27,766 bases of DNA from Nitrososphaerota archaeon (GCA_016206275.1 JACQRY010000255.1:1-27766); one strand, 5' to 3'; counted from the stretch's first letter, positions 8,441-19,039 are shown. Made by a program: numbers and translations. The notes: generated by a model from the letters alone, not told the origin.

Positions 8441-9763
8441 ATGCTTGACAAGCTTAAGGAAGGATTGCAGGGCGCCATCAACAAGATCCTTCGTGCCTCA
8501 TCCATCGACGAGCAGACAGTGAAAGAATTCGTCAAAGATCTACAGAGAGCACTTCTCCAAGCAGATGTGAATGTGAAACAAGTATTGGAGCTGTCGAAAA
8601 AAATCGAGGAGAGGGCGTTAAAAGAACAGCCTCCTCCAGGACTACCACGTAAGGACTACATCGTGAAGATACTTTACGATGAGCTGGCCAACATACTCGG
8701 CTCAGAACAGCCAGTTGATCTCCCGTCGTCAAGAATCAATATTGTTCTCATGATGGGCATTCAAGGCAGTGGGAAGACAACAACCGTCGGAAAACTTGCG
8801 AGACACATGCAGCGGCGAGGTTACAGGGTAGGCGTAGTCTGCGTAGACACTTTCAGACCGGGTGCTCTTACCCAACTTAAGATGGTTTGCAGCCAAATCG
8901 GTTTAGAGGTGTACGGAAGCGACGATGTTAAAGACGCTGTGCAGCTTGCGAAAAAAGGCTCAGAATACTTCAAGCAAAAAGGATGTAACCTTATCATCGT
9001 TGACTCAGCGGGCAGACATAAAGAGGAGAAGGGACTACTTGACGAAATGAAGCAGATCTCCTCCACCATCAACCCTGACTTGACATTGCTCGTTGTAGAT
9101 GGGACCATTGGACAGCAATGCTACAATCAGGCTGCAGCCTTCCATCAAACTGTCCCCATAGGAGGAATCGTAATCACAAAGCTTGACGGATCAGCCAAGG
9201 GAGGAGGAGCCCTAGCTGCCGCGGCAGCAACAGGAGCAACAATCCTCTTCATCGGTACAGGAGAAAGAATCGATGATCTGGAGGCTTTCTCACCCACAAG
9301 ATTCGTAGGCAGACTCTTAGGTCTAGGAGACATCAAGGCGTTACTAGAAAGAGCTAAGGACCTAGAGCAGGAGGCTGACGAAAAGAAGGTCAAACGCATC
9401 ATGTCCGGTAAAATGACCATCGACGACCTATACTACCAAATGGAGCAGGTGAAGAAGATGGGTTCCCTCAGAAAGATCGTGGAGCTGATCCCTGGGTTCT
9501 CAACAGGCATACCGGAATCTGAGCTGGATGGAATAGAGGATCGGATGAAGAATTGGAAAGTCATTATTCAATCCATGACCAAGAAAGAAAAAGAGGACCC
9601 AGAGATTCTTAACGCCTCTAGGGTCAAGAGGATAGCCAGAGGCTCAGGAACATCAGACTCCGACGTCAAAGACATGTTGAAACGTTACAGACAAGCTAAG
9701 ACTGTCATGAAGGCCGCTAAAGGCAGAGAGATAAGGCAGCTTATGAGAAGGCTCTCTGTATGA
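8441..9763 (+). CDS. srp54: Signal recognition particle protein SRP54
   Basis: NG domain GIQGSGKTTT, DTFRPGA, DSAGR, TKLDGSAKGGG; Met-rich M domain with SRVKRIARGSG. Confidence 0.98.
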   Translation: MLDKLKEGLQGAINKILRASSIDEQTVKEFVKDLQRALLQADVNVKQVLELSKKIEERALKEQPPPGLPRKDYIVKILYDELANILGSEQPVDLPSSRINIVLMMGIQGSGKTTTVGKLARHMQRRGYRVGVVCVDTFRPGALTQLKMVCSQIGLEVYGSDDVKDAVQLAKKGSEYFKQKGCNLIIVDSAGRHKEEKGLLDEMKQISSTINPDLTLLVVDGTIGQQCYNQAAAFHQTVPIGGIVITKLDGSAKGGGALAAAAATGATILFIGTGERIDDLEAFSPTRFVGRLLGLGDIKALLERAKDLEQEADEKKVKRIMSGKMTIDDLYYQMEQVKKMGSLRKIVELIPGFSTGIPESELDGIEDRMKNWKVIIQSMTKKEKEDPEILNASRVKRIARGSGTSDSDVKDMLKRYRQAKTVMKAAKGREIRQLMRRLSV

Positions 9764-10893
9764 CCGTCGCAACACAAGTAGTGTCCATAGCTAGGAATAT
9801 TCTCAGAGGGAACCATCTATGCAAACTCTGTTTGACCAGACAGTTACCAAACGCATCCATCACAAGCTGGTCTGAACAATGCGATATCTGCGGAGGCATG
9901 TTCTCTAAGCTAGATGATCTAACCGCCAAGATTACACAGTCTCTTCAAGGTTACGAATTCGATACCTTTCTAATAGGAGCTACAGTTCCCGCCTCAGTAG
10001 TGGAAAAAGAAGACTCGATCCGCGCTCGATTCAAGCTTAGGGGAGGAGAGTCCCTGAAGACTGCTTTAACATCCCAGCTTGGAAGAATGCTCCAGCAAAC
10101 CCTAGGTAAACGAGTCAACTACCGGAATCCCGACATAGCCATCATCATTTCACCGTATACGGAGGGTGTAGAAGTTATTCCCAAGTCGATCTATGTCTCA
10201 GGACGATACGTGAAGAAGCTTCGCGGTCTCCCACAGAAGAGGACAAGATGCAAGACCTGCAACGGTCAAGGATGTGAAGAATGCCAACACTCAGGATACT
10301 TAGCTGTAGGCAGTGTGGAAGAAGCATTGTCAAAACGCCTACTGAAATATTTCGGAGGCTCGAACACTAGGTTCACTTGGATTGGAAGCGAGGACTCCAA
10401 CAGTTTGGTGAAAGGAAACGGTAGACCCTTCTATGCAGAAATATTGAGTCCGAAGGTTAGACATCTTAACAGGTCTCCTTCAAGTTGGCGAAGAGGAGAC
10501 ACAGCCATGATGCAAGTGGAGCTGATGAATGATAAGCCTGAGGCAAGTCAAGTCTTTGATATGAAGATTGAGGCTAATACCATTTTTGACAAAGACGTCA
10601 GTAAAGAAATCATCCAAACCGTTGAAGAAGCCTTCCGCAACTGTGTCGTAGAGATGGACGCTATGAATAAGCCTAAGGTTTTGCGTAAGCATGTTCAAAA
10701 CATGAAGTTCAAGCAGGTTAGAGGAAAACGCGCTATCCTAGTCTTCGAATCCGAGGGAGGTCTAAACGTAAGAAGACTGATTACGGGAGAGGGCTATACC
10801 ACGCCTAACGTGTCGTCTGTTTCAAAAAGCCAAGTGTCTCTTGACGAGGAGAAGCCTTTCGATGTGTTAGGAGTTTCTCTTAGGAACAGGTGA
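9760..10893 (+). CDS. pus10: tRNA pseudouridine(54/55) synthase Pus10-like protein with divergent catalytic motifs
   Basis: N-terminal CxxC...CxxC, THUMP-like region, GRYVKKLRGLPQ, CKTC..CEEC, GSED, GNGRPF, FDVL; ATGA overlap with srp54. Confidence 0.8.
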   Translation: MTVATQVVSIARNILRGNHLCKLCLTRQLPNASITSWSEQCDICGGMFSKLDDLTAKITQSLQGYEFDTFLIGATVPASVVEKEDSIRARFKLRGGESLKTALTSQLGRMLQQTLGKRVNYRNPDIAIIISPYTEGVEVIPKSIYVSGRYVKKLRGLPQKRTRCKTCNGQGCEECQHSGYLAVGSVEEALSKRLLKYFGGSNTRFTWIGSEDSNSLVKGNGRPFYAEILSPKVRHLNRSPSSWRRGDTAMMQVELMNDKPEASQVFDMKIEANTIFDKDVSKEIIQTVEEAFRNCVVEMDAMNKPKVLRKHVQNMKFKQVRGKRAILVFESEGGLNVRRLITGEGYTTPNVSSVSKSQVSLDEEKPFDVLGVSLRNR

Positions 10894-10932
10894 ATACACC
10901 TAACACGGCAAGCTTAAGACTGATAATATGAC

Positions 10933-12606
10933 TTAGAGTCTCAACCTTATCTTAAAGACATATCTGCTAGTGATGAGGACCACAAATAAGATAGCGGCGT
11001 ATATTAGAGAGCCAGCTGAAACCTCCATCCACTGTCCTAGACCGTAATAGTTGAACAGAGTCACTGCCGCTATGTTGAAACCGGGACCGGCAAGGAGAAC
11101 TAAAGCTCCTACTTCACGAAAGGCTGAAAAGAAGAGGAACAGGGCTGCGGAAGCTAAAGCTGGTTTCATTATGGGTATAGTCACCCTCCTGAAGGTATAC
11201 GCCCAACCCGCCCCAACTATCTTAGAGGCATCTTCAAGCTCTTGATGTATCTGAACTACAGATCCTGACATCGCTCTCAAAGCGATAGGCAACTTGAAGA
11301 TGATGAGGGCCAAGAGTATGGCTATAGCAGGGTGAATCCTTACCGGGAGATAGAAGAACGTCCAAAGGAGGGCGAGCCCTAGGACTAAGCCGGGGAAGGC
11401 TATTGGAAGGGTGCCTATCACCTCCAACATCTTCCTGCCTTTGAATTTGGTTCGATAGACTATGTAGGATGTCAGGAAGCCTATTCCAACGGCGAGCAAT
11501 GCTGAAGCTATCCCTACACCAGCGCTGTTCAATAGGCCTTCTTGTACAAAGGGGTGGCGTAACACGATCTCATAATTTCTCAAGGTAAACGATTCAACGA
11601 AGCTCCCAGCCAAGAGGGTATAGCTGAAGAAAGGCATAAAGGACATCAATCCTACCACCATGAAAGGCAAGAAGACGGCAACAAAGAAGTAAAGCATAAC
11701 AAAGGCGAAGGCAATATACTTCCATCTACCAATCTCAAGAATGCGCGGCCTATAATTTCGCCCTGTTATGACCTGAAACTTCTCCGCCCTTCTAAGTGAC
11801 CACATGTAAAAAACTACAGCAAACACCGTCATCGCCAACAAGATAGAAGCATAAGCTGTCGCTAGGCCAGAATCAGGCGGAGTAGATAGCTGCATAGCCG
11901 AGAAAATCCTTGACACATAGACGTAGACCCCCCCAGGGATGCCCATTAAGGTCGGTGTTTCAAACGCTCTCAATGTGGCCACCAACGTGAGGATTCCCGC
12001 TGAAAGGACGGCAGGCATCATAAGGGGGAGGGTTACCTTTGAGAAAGTTCTGAATATACCACCGCCGCTCATGGTGGCAGATTCCTCGTGGGCAGGATCT
12101 AGCGCGGTGAAGGCAGATGCGATTATGAGATAAGATAATGGCACCTGTGACAGGCCGTATACCCAGATCATGGCTGGCAGACTGAAAGCGTTAAGCATCG
12201 GCTGTATTCCGAAAGCATCCTGAAGATATCGATTAATTATGCCAGCCTTGGGTGCCGTTAGGAAGATCCAAGCAATATTATCCATAAAGGGGGGTAAGAG
12301 AAGGGGGAATATAGGTAGAAGTTCAGCAAACCTTTTCCACGGCGTATTGGTTCTGACAATTATCCACGCTAACGTTATTGCTATAGCTATTGCAAGAAAG
12401 GTGCTCCCCAAAGCGAAGACAATCGTATTGTAGAAAGACGGTACAAAAAGGGGGTCTGAGAAAGCCCCGTAATAATTGTCAAGCGAAGGAGATATGGGAT
12501 CACCCAGATCACCTGATGAAAAGCTACCTAAAATCAAAATCACTATGGGAACCATAATGAACGCTGCTACAGAGACGGCTAAGATTATAGGCGCAGTTAG
12601 GCCCAA
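10933..12606 (-). CDS. ABC transporter permease, Fe3+/thiamine (FbpB/ThiP-like) fused double-domain type
   Basis: About 12 TM helices and two EAA loops (EESATMSGGG; EDASKIVGAG); TTG start. Confidence 0.92.
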   Translation of the reverse strand: MGLTAPIILAVSVAAFIMVPIVILILGSFSSGDLGDPISPSLDNYYGAFSDPLFVPSFYNTIVFALGSTFLAIAIAITLAWIIVRTNTPWKRFAELLPIFPLLLPPFMDNIAWIFLTAPKAGIINRYLQDAFGIQPMLNAFSLPAMIWVYGLSQVPLSYLIIASAFTALDPAHEESATMSGGGIFRTFSKVTLPLMMPAVLSAGILTLVATLRAFETPTLMGIPGGVYVYVSRIFSAMQLSTPPDSGLATAYASILLAMTVFAVVFYMWSLRRAEKFQVITGRNYRPRILEIGRWKYIAFAFVMLYFFVAVFLPFMVVGLMSFMPFFSYTLLAGSFVESFTLRNYEIVLRHPFVQEGLLNSAGVGIASALLAVGIGFLTSYIVYRTKFKGRKMLEVIGTLPIAFPGLVLGLALLWTFFYLPVRIHPAIAILLALIIFKLPIALRAMSGSVVQIHQELEDASKIVGAGWAYTFRRVTIPIMKPALASAALFLFFSAFREVGALVLLAGPGFNIAAVTLFNYYGLGQWMEVSAGSLIYAAILFVVLITSRYVFKIRLRL

Positions 12607-12696
12607 ATCACAGAATTAGCTTGGTTCGCAGTATTTATCCTGAACGGTTCTGCACAGCTATTAGAATATAGTATTTTCTTTTAATGCAGTAATAAT

Positions 12697-12717
12697 ATGA
12701 AAATAATAGCTTTTCAT
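12697..12717. promoter_or_regulatory. Candidate operator in the divergent ABC promoter region
   Basis: Perfect 7-7-7 palindrome ATGAAAA-taatagc-TTTTCAT in an AT-rich spacer; an imperfect palindrome AGAAtATAgTATtTTCT lies at 12663-12679. Confidence 0.45.
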
Positions 12718-12802
12718 GGGTCAGGCCATTTATTAGCTTGTTCTTATAGAGAAAATGGCACAAGACATAAATAACATTACTCACTTTCTCAAAGTGATAC
12801 TA

Positions 12803-14164
12803 ATGGCCAACATAGCGTTAGTAGCCGCAGTAGTTGCCATCCTCATATCTGCTGGCTCCATTGGATATACAACCGTAGCAGTGTCATCAGACGTCGCTTC
12901 CATAAGGAACCGCGCTGACTTGATCGCAACCGACATCAACAGCCTGAAAAGCACTCAATCACAAGTAAGCAGCGATGTCAACCAGCTGAAGAGCGGGCAG
13001 CAAAGCGTCAGTGCAGAGCAGACCGCAATAAAGAACTTGGTGGACCAAAGGATAGGAGGACTGGAGAAAGCATTAGCAGATGCGAAGAAGGCTCAAGAAG
13101 CGCTGCAGAAACAACTGGAGGAGAGAGAAGAACTTCTCAAAGAAGTCAGTGTCTTCGACCCTGATCTTGTAGCAGCCGCGTCTCGCGAAGGAGGATTAAC
13201 CATCTACTCTGTCAGGGATCAAGCGGATGTGCTCCTCTTCATTCAGGAGTTCCAGAAACAGTTTCCTAACATTAAGGCAAACTTCCTTTCGGCAACCAAT
13301 CCTGAACTAATAAGCAGGATCTCGGCCGAAATAAAGGGAGGGCAGATGACTTGGGACATATATGATAGCGCTGTAAGTAACTGCAGGCAGGCCATAGAGC
13401 TTGGGGCCACTCAACCCTACAAGTCCCCTCAAGCAACAGAGAAATTCTTCCCACCAATCTTCGATCCTAATGGACACATGTCTTTCTTTGGAGCCACGAT
13501 ACCTGTAGTCATGTACAATACCAATCTGGTTAAGGGCGACAAGCTCGCTCTCCTTAAATCCCTAAGGACATGGGAGGACCTAACCAAACCTGAAGTCATC
13601 CAAGCCTTCAAGGGAAATATCCTCATGGACCATCCTTCGAGAGGAGGACCCCACACCCAAGTGCTAGCTGAAATGCAAACACTCTGGAACGACGACGCAA
13701 GATGGCAGAACTACATGAAGAAGCTACTCGAGTACGAACCAAGACTATTCAAGAGCACCAGCCAAATATTCAGACTTCTCACAGCAGAGGAAGGACAAGT
13801 AGCCATAATCGGCTTGGCTCATGACGTACTCCGCGAAAGAAAGATTGGGGTACCAGTCGATTATATCTCTCTGGCACCAGTGACTCTGAACCCCAGCTGC
13901 CTCGTCGTAGCAAAACTAGCCCCCCACCCCAGCGCAGCCAAGCTATTCGTCGAATTCATGATGTCACCAAACGGTCAAGCCACCTTCTCCAAAACCCTCA
14001 GGTCACCGATGCGTCTAGGATTCGCAGCTGAATCTTCAATAGATGTGCTCTTCCCAGGAGTACCACCAGCAGAGATGGTAGGCATCCGTAACGAAGAAGC
14101 TCACTTCATTGATCTCAGAGGCTGGCTGGACAAGTGGATAGTGCCGATCTTCGGGCCCGCATAG
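12803..14164 (+). CDS. ABC transporter substrate-binding protein (Fe3+/thiamine-type) with N-terminal membrane anchor and coiled-coil stalk
   Basis: Hydrophobic N-terminus (MANIALVAAVVAILISAG), heptad-like region, then LVAAASREGGLTIYS and APHPSAAKLFVEFMMSPNGQ. The ORF opens at 12755, but ATG 12803 better fits the anchor. Confidence 0.88.
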   Translation: MANIALVAAVVAILISAGSIGYTTVAVSSDVASIRNRADLIATDINSLKSTQSQVSSDVNQLKSGQQSVSAEQTAIKNLVDQRIGGLEKALADAKKAQEALQKQLEEREELLKEVSVFDPDLVAAASREGGLTIYSVRDQADVLLFIQEFQKQFPNIKANFLSATNPELISRISAEIKGGQMTWDIYDSAVSNCRQAIELGATQPYKSPQATEKFFPPIFDPNGHMSFFGATIPVVMYNTNLVKGDKLALLKSLRTWEDLTKPEVIQAFKGNILMDHPSRGGPHTQVLAEMQTLWNDDARWQNYMKKLLEYEPRLFKSTSQIFRLLTAEEGQVAIIGLAHDVLRERKIGVPVDYISLAPVTLNPSCLVVAKLAPHPSAAKLFVEFMMSPNGQATFSKTLRSPMRLGFAAESSIDVLFPGVPPAEMVGIRNEEAHFIDLRGWLDKWIVPIFGPA

Positions 14165-14183
14165 GGCCCCACCCCCATTTTTT
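14165..14183 (+). terminator. Oligo-T archaeal terminator candidate
   Basis: C-rich stretch followed by T6 directly after the SBP stop. Confidence 0.45.
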
Positions 14184-14338
14184 GCAGCATAGTTCAAGAG
14201 AAGTAAGTAATCCTAGAGTATCCCGAGCTCCTGATAGCCTTTCACCCAAAATCTTCAACTAATGAGATAGTGAATAGGGCCTCTACATTCCGAAGCATCT
14301 ACAAATAGTTAAAAACGCAGAGAGGATCTTTCTTCACC

Positions 14339-15112
14339 ATGACAGATACGTCAAAGGTAGCCCTAATAGTGGGCGGCGGAGGAGGCATGGGGGCCGCGGC
14401 TGCGCGTGGATTTCACGAAGCTGGCTTCAAGACTGCCCTAGCAGATATCTCTTGGGAGAGGGCTCAAGCTGTGGCAAAAGCTCTGGGGAAAGATGTGCTT
14501 GCATTTGGAACTGATGTTAGAAGCGAACAGAGCGTGACTAAACTGGTTAAGCGTGTACTGGATAGTTTTGAGCGGATAGATGTTCTACTAGCAAGCCACG
14601 GCGTTGTAACTGGTCACACCTTGGTCCATAACACTGATGAATCTGAATGGGACTTCGTTTTAGACACTAATCTGAAGGGCACCTTTCTGTGCATGAAACA
14701 TGTTGCTCCCATAATGATCAAGCAGAAATCGGGATGCATATTGAATCTTACTACGAACCGGGCTAGAGCTTACCGAGTTCCCTACAGTGCGTCGAAGTAT
14801 GGTATTGAAGGCGTCACCGAGGCTGCTGCAGAGGAACTCAAATCCTTTAACATCGGTGTATATGCTCTAGCCCCAGGAGGATATGTGGACACCTTTTTCC
14901 ACGATAATTCCTATAGACAATTAACCTACAAGAACTATGCTCCAGAGAAGGAGCTCCGCAAAGAAAGGAAACCCTTGAAGCCGGAAGTCATTGTTCCACT
15001 CTGCCTTTATTTGGCGCAGGACGCATCTCTGGCTCTAACAGGCAAGAAGATTGACTGCCTACACTGGAATGAGGAACATGGCTTGGGCAGAAATTGGTAC
15101 AACCCTGTCTGA
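14339..15112 (+). CDS. Short-chain dehydrogenase/reductase (SDR)
   Basis: Gly-rich GGGGGMG, DTNLKGTF, catalytic YSASK. Confidence 0.92.
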   Translation: MTDTSKVALIVGGGGGMGAAAARGFHEAGFKTALADISWERAQAVAKALGKDVLAFGTDVRSEQSVTKLVKRVLDSFERIDVLLASHGVVTGHTLVHNTDESEWDFVLDTNLKGTFLCMKHVAPIMIKQKSGCILNLTTNRARAYRVPYSASKYGIEGVTEAAAEELKSFNIGVYALAPGGYVDTFFHDNSYRQLTYKNYAPEKELRKERKPLKPEVIVPLCLYLAQDASLALTGKKIDCLHWNEEHGLGRNWYNPV

Positions 15113-15168
15113 CCACGCCCTGAGATTCGTGGGCATTCAGCTCAGTCCTTATCGACGTGGGATATGTT

Positions 15169-16299
15169 TCAACTTTTCTTGAAGAAGCTTTTCTTCAGCC
15201 CTTCTTCAGCCCCAAACTCCTTGGCGAGATCTCTAAGCAAGTCTCTCTGCTTCTGACTAAGCTTACTCGGAACATTTATGCGGACCACAACCAGTTCGTC
15301 TCCCCGACCGTATCCGTTGATCCGGGGAACGCCTTTGCCCTTCAACTTGAACACTGAGCCACTCTTGGTTCCCGGAGGAATATTCAACTCAACTTCTCCG
15401 TTAATCGTGAGAACTCTGAGCTGGCAGCCTAATGCAGCATCGGGGAAACTGATAGTCTTTTCGACGACCAAGTCATCGCCTTCCCGTCTGAAGACAGGGT
15501 GAGACTTAACATGGGTCACAACATATAGATCTCCTTGTGCACCACCTTCAAGGCTAACATCTCCCTGACCTCGAATCCTCAGACTGGAACCCTCATCCAC
15601 ACCGGGAGGAACATTCACGCTGATGGTGCGAGTCCTCTTCTCCACTCCCATTCCTCTACAAGTCTGACATGGGCGATCGATGAGAGATCCTCTGCCTCTA
15701 CAGGCGCCGCAGGTTTGAACTGTAACGAACCTTGCGAAGCCAGCTGATCTCAGGTTCTGAACTTGACCCTCTCCTCCGCATTTGGGACAGGTTCTTGGAG
15801 AGGTGCCTGGCTGCGCGCCGCTGCCTCCGCATGTGTTGCACTTTTCTGTTCTGGGCACTTCAATGCTAGTGGTTACGCCTTTGACGACGTCTTCTAAGGT
15901 GAGATCCATGTCGTATCGGAGATCGGTGCCTCTAGCGGGTCCTCGTGACGTTCCTCCGAAGCCCCGGAAAAGGTTTTCAAAGAGATCGCTGAAGCCTCCG
16001 AAGCCGAATCCTAGATCTCTTAAGATCTCCTCGAAGTTTGCGCCTCTGAAGATGTCTTCCTGTGTGTATCTGCCCGCTATGCCCGCGTGTCCGAAACGGT
16101 CATACTGTGCTCTTTTAGCATCATCGGATAGGATTGCGTAAGCCTCTGAGATCTCCTTGAATTTTTCTTCGGCCTCAGGAGACTTGTTTCGATCCGGGTG
16201 ATATTTTAGAGCTAGCTTCCGATACGCTGATTTGATGCTGTCCTTATCTGCGTCTTTCGATACTCCTAGGATATCGTAGTAGTCCCGCTTGGTAGACAT
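15169..16299 (-). CDS. dnaJ: Chaperone DnaJ
   Basis: J domain with HPD, G/F region, four CxxCxGxG repeats. Confidence 0.98.
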   Translation of the reverse strand: MSTKRDYYDILGVSKDADKDSIKSAYRKLALKYHPDRNKSPEAEEKFKEISEAYAILSDDAKRAQYDRFGHAGIAGRYTQEDIFRGANFEEILRDLGFGFGGFSDLFENLFRGFGGTSRGPARGTDLRYDMDLTLEDVVKGVTTSIEVPRTEKCNTCGGSGAQPGTSPRTCPKCGGEGQVQNLRSAGFARFVTVQTCGACRGRGSLIDRPCQTCRGMGVEKRTRTISVNVPPGVDEGSSLRIRGQGDVSLEGGAQGDLYVVTHVKSHPVFRREGDDLVVEKTISFPDAALGCQLRVLTINGEVELNIPPGTKSGSVFKLKGKGVPRINGYGRGDELVVVRINVPSKLSQKQRDLLRDLAKEFGAEEGLKKSFFKKS

Positions 16300-16318
16300 G
16301 CCCGGTCAATTCGCCCTG

Positions 16319-18175
16319 CTACTTCTTCTCTTCGTCTACAACCTTGTAGTCGGCATCATAAACCTTGCCGCCTTGATCAGTAGGTCCACCTGAAGTCTGC
16401 GACGCCTGCTGCTGACCTGCCTGCTGAGAAGCCTGCTGGTAGGCGGCCGTGCCTATCTCTTGAAGAACTTTCGCTAAGGCTTCCTGTTTCTCCTTGGTCT
16501 TTGCTGAGTCCTGACCTGACAGTGCCTCCTTCAGCTCTGACATAGCTTTGTCTAACCGCTCCATCTGATCCTTGGTGATCTTATCCTTCAGGTCAGCCTT
16601 CGTCTTCTCCGCGGTGTAGATCATGGAGTCAGCAGTATTCCTGAGCTCAGCTTCTTCTTTGCGCTTGCGATCCTGTTCGGCGTACTGCTCGGCATTCTTG
16701 ACCATCCGCTGCTTCTGTTCATCATTCAGCTTGGTGGATGCAGTAATCGTGATCTTCTGCTCCTTTCCTGTGGCAGTATCCTTAGCAGACACATTGAGTA
16801 TACCGTTTGCATCTATGTCGAAGGTCACTTCTATTTGCGGTACACCTCGGGGGGCTGGCGGAATTCCTTCAAGATTGAACATGCCGAGGCTAATGTTATC
16901 AGTAGCCATTGATCTTTCACCCTGAAGAACATGTATGGTTACAGCGGTCTGGAAGTCTGCCGCAGTAGTGAAGATCTGACTTCTTTTAGTCGGGATGGTG
17001 GTGTTGCGCTCGATGACTTTCGTGAAGATGCCTCCCAGAGTCTCCACGCCCAGAGACAGCGGCGTAACGTCCAGTAAGAGAATGTCCTTCACTTCACCAG
17101 CCAAGACTGCGCCTTGAATGGCCGCGCCCATGGCTACGCAGTCCATTGGATCTATTCCTCTCTCAGGCTGCTTTCCAGTGATCTGCTCCACAAACTGTCT
17201 CACAACAGGCATTCTTGTCGGACCGCCTACCAGTATGATTCGGTCAAGGTCCCGAGGCCCGATCTTAGCATCAGACAAAGCCTGCATCATAGGGCTTTTG
17301 CATCTCTCCACAATGGGCCTCACAAGATCTTCAAGCTTGGCCCTAGTCAAATTGAGGGTAAAGTGTTTGGGTCCACTCGCATCCGCCGCTAAGAAAGGCA
17401 GATTGATCTCAGATGAAACTACGGTGGAGAGCTCGATCTTCGCCTTCTCTCCTGCCTCCCTAATGCGTTGAATCGCGGTCCTGTCATCTCTAACATCTAT
17501 GCCTGTCTGAGACCTGAATTCTGATGCAAGATAGTCTACAAGGGCGTTGTCCATGTCTGTGCCTCCCAGCTGGGTGTCTCCGCTGGTCGACTTGACTTCG
17601 AAGACTCCCCCACCGAACTCCATTATGGTTACATCCAGTGTTCCTCCTCCTAAGTCGAAGACCATGATCTTCTGATCCTTGCCAGCTTTGTCCAAACCGT
17701 AGGCTAGTGAAGCTGCTGTAGGCTCGTTGATGATCCTGACGACCTCTAGACCGGCTATTGTGCCCGCATCCTTAGTAGCTTGCCTCTGGTTATCGTTGAA
17801 GTAGGCGGGCACAGTGATAACGGCTTTCTCCACTTTTTCGCCGAGGAAAGCTTCAGAATCCCTCTTGATCTTCTGCAGTATGAAGGCGGAGATCTGTTGG
17901 GGGGTAAACTCTTTGTCGAATGTCTTGACTTTGTAGTCGGTGCCCATCTTTCTCTTGATGGCCATGACTGTTCCTTCGGGGTTGGTGACTGCTTGTCTAC
18001 GTGCTGGTTCCCCGACTAGTAGCTGTCCGTCTTTGGTGAAGGCTACATATGAGGGGAATGCTTTGCCTGCTACGGTAGTGCCTTCTGCACTAGGTATGAT
18101 GGTTGGCCGACCACCCATCATTACTGCGGCAGCTGAATTGCTTGTGCCTAGATCTATGCCTATTATTTTAGCCAA
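16319..18175 (-). CDS. dnaK: Chaperone DnaK (Hsp70)
   Basis: [38 protein letters not shown]; TTG start with GGTGA upstream. Confidence 0.99.
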   Translation of the reverse strand: MAKIIGIDLGTSNSAAAVMMGGRPTIIPSAEGTTVAGKAFPSYVAFTKDGQLLVGEPARRQAVTNPEGTVMAIKRKMGTDYKVKTFDKEFTPQQISAFILQKIKRDSEAFLGEKVEKAVITVPAYFNDNQRQATKDAGTIAGLEVVRIINEPTAASLAYGLDKAGKDQKIMVFDLGGGTLDVTIMEFGGGVFEVKSTSGDTQLGGTDMDNALVDYLASEFRSQTGIDVRDDRTAIQRIREAGEKAKIELSTVVSSEINLPFLAADASGPKHFTLNLTRAKLEDLVRPIVERCKSPMMQALSDAKIGPRDLDRIILVGGPTRMPVVRQFVEQITGKQPERGIDPMDCVAMGAAIQGAVLAGEVKDILLLDVTPLSLGVETLGGIFTKVIERNTTIPTKRSQIFTTAADFQTAVTIHVLQGERSMATDNISLGMFNLEGIPPAPRGVPQIEVTFDIDANGILNVSAKDTATGKEQKITITASTKLNDEQKQRMVKNAEQYAEQDRKRKEEAELRNTADSMIYTAEKTKADLKDKITKDQMERLDKAMSELKEALSGQDSAKTKEKQEALAKVLQEIGTAAYQQASQQAGQQQASQTSGGPTDQGGKVYDADYKVVDEEKK

Positions 18176-18182
18176 TCTTGTT

Positions 18183-18746
18183 TCACCTTGCTTGTGGTCT
18201 TGACACTTCCACCATGCTGGTCCTTATCACCTTGCCGTGCATCGTATAGCCTTTTCGAAGCTCTTTGGTAACCGTGTTATCATCTGAATCTTCTCCGTTG
18301 ATGAAGGATACTGCCTCATGCATGTCGGGACTGAACTTTTTTCCAACGGCTTCAATAGGTTCGACGCCTTCGGCCCTGATGGTGTCATCCAAGTTTTTCA
18401 GAATCATCTTAACACCTCCTATCACGTTTGCGTTTTCAGGATGCTTCTCTGATGCTTCTAATGTTCTTTCCAAGTCGTCTCCAAGATCCAGAATCTTCAA
18501 TATGATGCGCTCGTTGGCTAGCTTGACGATCTGATCCATGTCTCTTTTCATCTTTTTGTGAAGGTTCTCGAGATCGGCTTGGAGGTATAGTAGTTGGCTG
18601 CGATACGAATCAGCTTTCTGCAAAGCTTCAGCCAACAGTTTCTCCAGTTCCTCTGCTAGGGGCGGTATGCTTGGCCCCGTAGTTTTTTCTTCTCGTGGCT
18701 TTGTTACTCCAACGTTGTTTGGGGAGCCTGAGCTCATCTTGATCAC
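18183..18746 (-). CDS. grpE: Nucleotide exchange factor GrpE
   Basis: ADLENLHKK helix, [31 protein letters not shown]. Start is GTG 18746 or ATG 18737. Confidence 0.95.
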   Translation of the reverse strand: MIKMSSGSPNNVGVTKPREEKTTGPSIPPLAEELEKLLAEALQKADSYRSQLLYLQADLENLHKKMKRDMDQIVKLANERIILKILDLGDDLERTLEASEKHPENANVIGGVKMILKNLDDTIRAEGVEPIEAVGKKFSPDMHEAVSFINGEDSDDNTVTKELRKGYTMHGKVIRTSMVEVSRPQAR

Positions 18747-18773
18747 CTGTTTGTAAATTACTCGGCCATACTG

Positions 18774-18788
18774 AAGCCTAGGCTTAAG
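18774..18788 (-). promoter_or_regulatory. TATA-like CTTAAG overlapped by a 12-bp perfect palindrome upstream of grpE-dnaK-dnaJ
   Basis: AAGCCTAGGCTT (18774-18785) overlaps CTTAAG (18783-18788), about 40 bp upstream of grpE. Confidence 0.4.
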
Positions 18789-18811
18789 TGTTTACAAGAT
18801 AATGGAGGCAC

Positions 18812-19039
18812 CTATAAATTTTTTCGCGTTTGGCTTAAGGCTAGTCTGACGCCACCGTAGAGAGCCAAGAGGGTACCAGCAATGAATAGGTGAACATCCA
18901 GCTGCTCGAAATCTTCTTGAACGTGAACCCATGCATGTATCAACGCATTCGCGAAGCCTCCTAGCATAATGCTGTAAATAATTATGAGAACGACGCCCAT
19001 GATGAAATAAATTACGTGGATTCTGGAGACTGTTTTCAC
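18812..19039 (-). CDS. Small hypothetical membrane protein (two TM helices)
   Basis: 75 aa with two long hydrophobic segments; fills the gap between grpE and the GYD gene; GTG start. Confidence 0.7.
   Translation of the reverse strand: MKTVSRIHVIYFIMGVVLIIIYSIMLGGFANALIHAWVHVQEDFEQLDVHLFIAGTLLALYGGVRLALSQTRKNL

Noticed and set aside
8269-8535. 88-aa minus-strand ORF
   Set aside because: Overlaps the srp54 5' end antisense and has no protein-like features.
15157-18534. Numerous plus-strand ORFs opposite dnaJ, dnaK and grpE (and similar antisense ORFs over srp54, hmg reductase and thiolase)
   Set aside because: Antisense shadows of strongly conserved genes.
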